DNA from: Basidiobolus meristosporus CBS 931.73
Taxonomy: Eukaryota > Fungi > Basidiobolomycota
Reading direction: 5' to 3'
Length of the DNA stretch: 64,000 bases
NCBI GenBank assembly: GCA_002104905.1
Contig: MCFE01000163.1
Coordinates: 1-64,000 of the forward strand
How positions within the stretch are numbered: the first letter of the stretch is position 1; every line of letters starts with the position of its first letter. Below the pieces are notes generated by a model. That model was not told the origin of the DNA. It did not search any database and worked only from the letters and a program-made list of their open reading frames with translations. Shown piece by piece: positions 62,001-64,000 of this stretch. A program made the translations under genes and the position numbers.

Positions 62001-62577
62001 TTCTGGATATGAGTAGCATGGGTTTCTGGTTGATTGATGAATTACAACAAAATAGACGGGTTTTTCCAAGTACAAGGTCAAGCTTGCAGTTCCCAAAAAT
62101 ATAGGCCTGTAGGTCTTCTTCATAGTCAATGATCTTCATTCCTACTGGCTGCACATTACAGTTGATTATGTAAGAGTTCCCATCAGCTGAATTGACTGAA
62201 GTGGATTTAGTGGGTTCTGAGTTGGCTCCAGCGTTCAAAGCAAATTGCTATGAAATGTACTCATGCAATGCTCCTGAGCCAGTTTTGATCTTGAGTGGTA
62301 CTCCATTGATTACTCCATTTAAGTATAATAGCTTTCCTGAGTTTGAGGTCATCTGGGATAAGTGTTCTTCTGTCATATGGAAGGTGAGCTCAGAGTCTTC
62401 TTCAAGTTCATCCCCTATGTTACTAAGCTCAAAGGCTTCAATATGGCTGAAGGTTCTTGATGACTTGTGTACATTTCTTCTCTGAGTGTAGTACTTTGCA
62501 ATATGTCCCTGCTGGTGGCCATTAAACCACATCTTTCTTATAACATTCCTCTGAAGTAGGATTCTTCTGCATAGCAT
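59100..62577 (-). mobile_element. Degenerate Ty3/gypsy pol (protease, RT, RNase H, integrase)
   Basis: [50 protein letters not shown] zinc finger, and AYHPRTNG; many stops and frameshifts; possibly a fusion of two families near 60040. Confidence 0.9.
60999..61367 (+). mobile_element. Solo LTR (family B), 369 bp, 5-bp TSD ATGTC, inserted into the gypsy RT
   Basis: TGTTGAAA...TTGCAACA termini; ATGTC at 60994-60998 and 61368-61372; internal TATAAA then AATAAA; RT TRYGH|..YLVMSFGL is split here. Confidence 0.88.
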
Positions 62578-62589
62578 CTATTTCCATTG

Positions 62590-63560
62590 GCACAGATCCA
62601 GAGACTAGACATTAAGCAAACATTTGCTCTGGATGCCAAGCTTAACCCAATTAGGACAGTTCTAGCCCTCGCAGCTGTACACAGTATAGATCCACTCCAA
62701 ATGGATGTCAAAACACCACTTTTATATGGTGACATGCACAAATTATATATATGGAGCAATCAGAAGACTTTACCAGCCCAATAGGCCTCACAATGTGTGC
62801 AGAATTAAGAGATTGCTATATGGACACAAACAGGCACCTAGAGCATGGTATAAAAAGATTGACACATGTCAATAGGAGATTTGGCTCAATTGTAGCATTG
62901 CAGTATGCAAAATATATACAACAGCTCAAACAGGTGTCATCATACTTCTTTATGTGGTCAGCCACATAATAGCAACAAGTAACCAGGAGGTACTTGAACA
63001 GACAAAGCCAGATTTGCTTGGCAAGTTTAAGATGAAAGTTTGGAGAAAATAAAACTATTTTCTTGGAATTGAAAAGAAAGTTGTCATACCTGCACAGAGA
63101 ATTGTGCTAAATCTAAGTACATTGAGGACACTTGTAGATGCTACATAATTGAACAATGCTAGCCTTCAGCTACCACTATGGACAATATGCTCAAATTCAG
63201 CAAATCACAGCCAGTTTTAGGAGAAAATGGCCCAAAGTTGTACTAAAACTTTCCCTATCAATCCATGGTAAGTAGCTTAATGTACTTGATGGTGTCTTCT
63301 TGTCCAGTTGAACAAACTTACAGATATCTACCAGGTACTACTAATATGATACTGGAATACTCTGGAGCTGCTAATAGGCAGAAATATTCTTGTCCAGATG
63401 AACAAACTTACAGATATCTACCAGGTACCATTAATATGATACTGGAATACTCTGGAGCTGCTAATAGGCAAAAATGTGATAGATATAGTGGATGAAAATT
63501 TGGATTATTTGGTATCATTCAGTAGCTCAAAGCTTACTCAGCAATTTTGGACTACTTTTG
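62590..63560 (+). mobile_element. Degenerate Ty1/copia RT fragment
   Basis: AKLNPIRTVLALAA, QMDVKT..LYGD, YQSMVSSLMY. Confidence 0.75.
63298..63477. repeat. 90-bp tandem duplication inside the copia RT remnant
   Basis: TCTTGTCCAG(T/A)TGAACAAACTTACAGATATCTACCAGG... units start at 63298 and 63388. Confidence 0.85.
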
Positions 63561-63599
63561 ATCATTGTAGGACTAACTCGCATCCCTAACTAACATATT

Positions 63600-64000
63600 C
63601 CCTGTAAAGGAGAGGTCTGATGGGAAAACTACAGACTTTGAAAATCAAGATGCAAATCCAACTTGAGGGAAGAAAGCTTTGGAATAAAGAAACAGGAAAA
63701 GAAGCTGTGCGCAAAGAAACAGCAGGAGTGGATGAGTTTTGAGGGAAGGAGAGAGAGGCCTTTAAAGATATATGTATTGATGTGTAAGGTTCTTTCATTG
63801 GACAAATCCATGCTTCGAATACTGCCAAAGCAGCATGGGAGTTCTTGGAAAAGATCTTTAAAGTAAAGTCAGTATCAAGCAAGCATTATTTCATACAAAA
63901 GCTCATCAGCATGAGGAAAAAGTCAGATGATGACATGCTCCAACATATTACCAGTATAGGACACTTGCAGAAGAACTTTGCAGTATTAATGCTAGTGTAG
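63600..64000 (+). mobile_element. Degenerate Ty1/copia gag (UBN2-like), running off the window
   Basis: Frameshifted LKIKMQIQLEGRKLW and SNTAKAAWEFLEKIFKVKSVSSKHYFIQKLISMRK. Confidence 0.7.

Overview
Eukaryotic, fungal DNA with short GT-AG introns and CTAAC/CTGAC branch sites. The protein styles suggest an early-diverging zoopagomycete/mucoromycete-like fungus, but this is inference only. Bases 1 to ~35.3 kb are gene-dense with normal CpG content. They hold a hexokinase-like gene with degenerate ATP-binding motifs, two tandem Sso-type syntaxins, an alpha/beta-hydrolase, a PTM1/GPR107-like 7TM protein, a bacterial-type GST, SAM synthetase, a small membrane protein, a HARE-HTH-like protein, three full-size PDR/ABCG transporters (one inverted, two tandem), VPS26 and VMA16. 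Bases ~37.4 to 64 kb are a CpG-depleted field of nested Ty1/copia and Ty3/gypsy remnants, solo LTRs with TSDs and two copies of a ~0.7 kb fully palindromic DNA-transposon family. An intact intronless 426-aa orphan ORF and a protoglobin pseudogene sit in a CpG-retaining island within this field. Main signals: (1) the three PDR genes are domain-wise mosaics, with NBDs and introns homogenised and TMDs diverged; (2) the orphan ORF island; (3) the foldback element with oriented AAT TSDs; (4) CpG-specific mutational decay of repeats; (5) the probable pseudo-hexokinase. All coordinates and splice models were read by eye; no searches were run.
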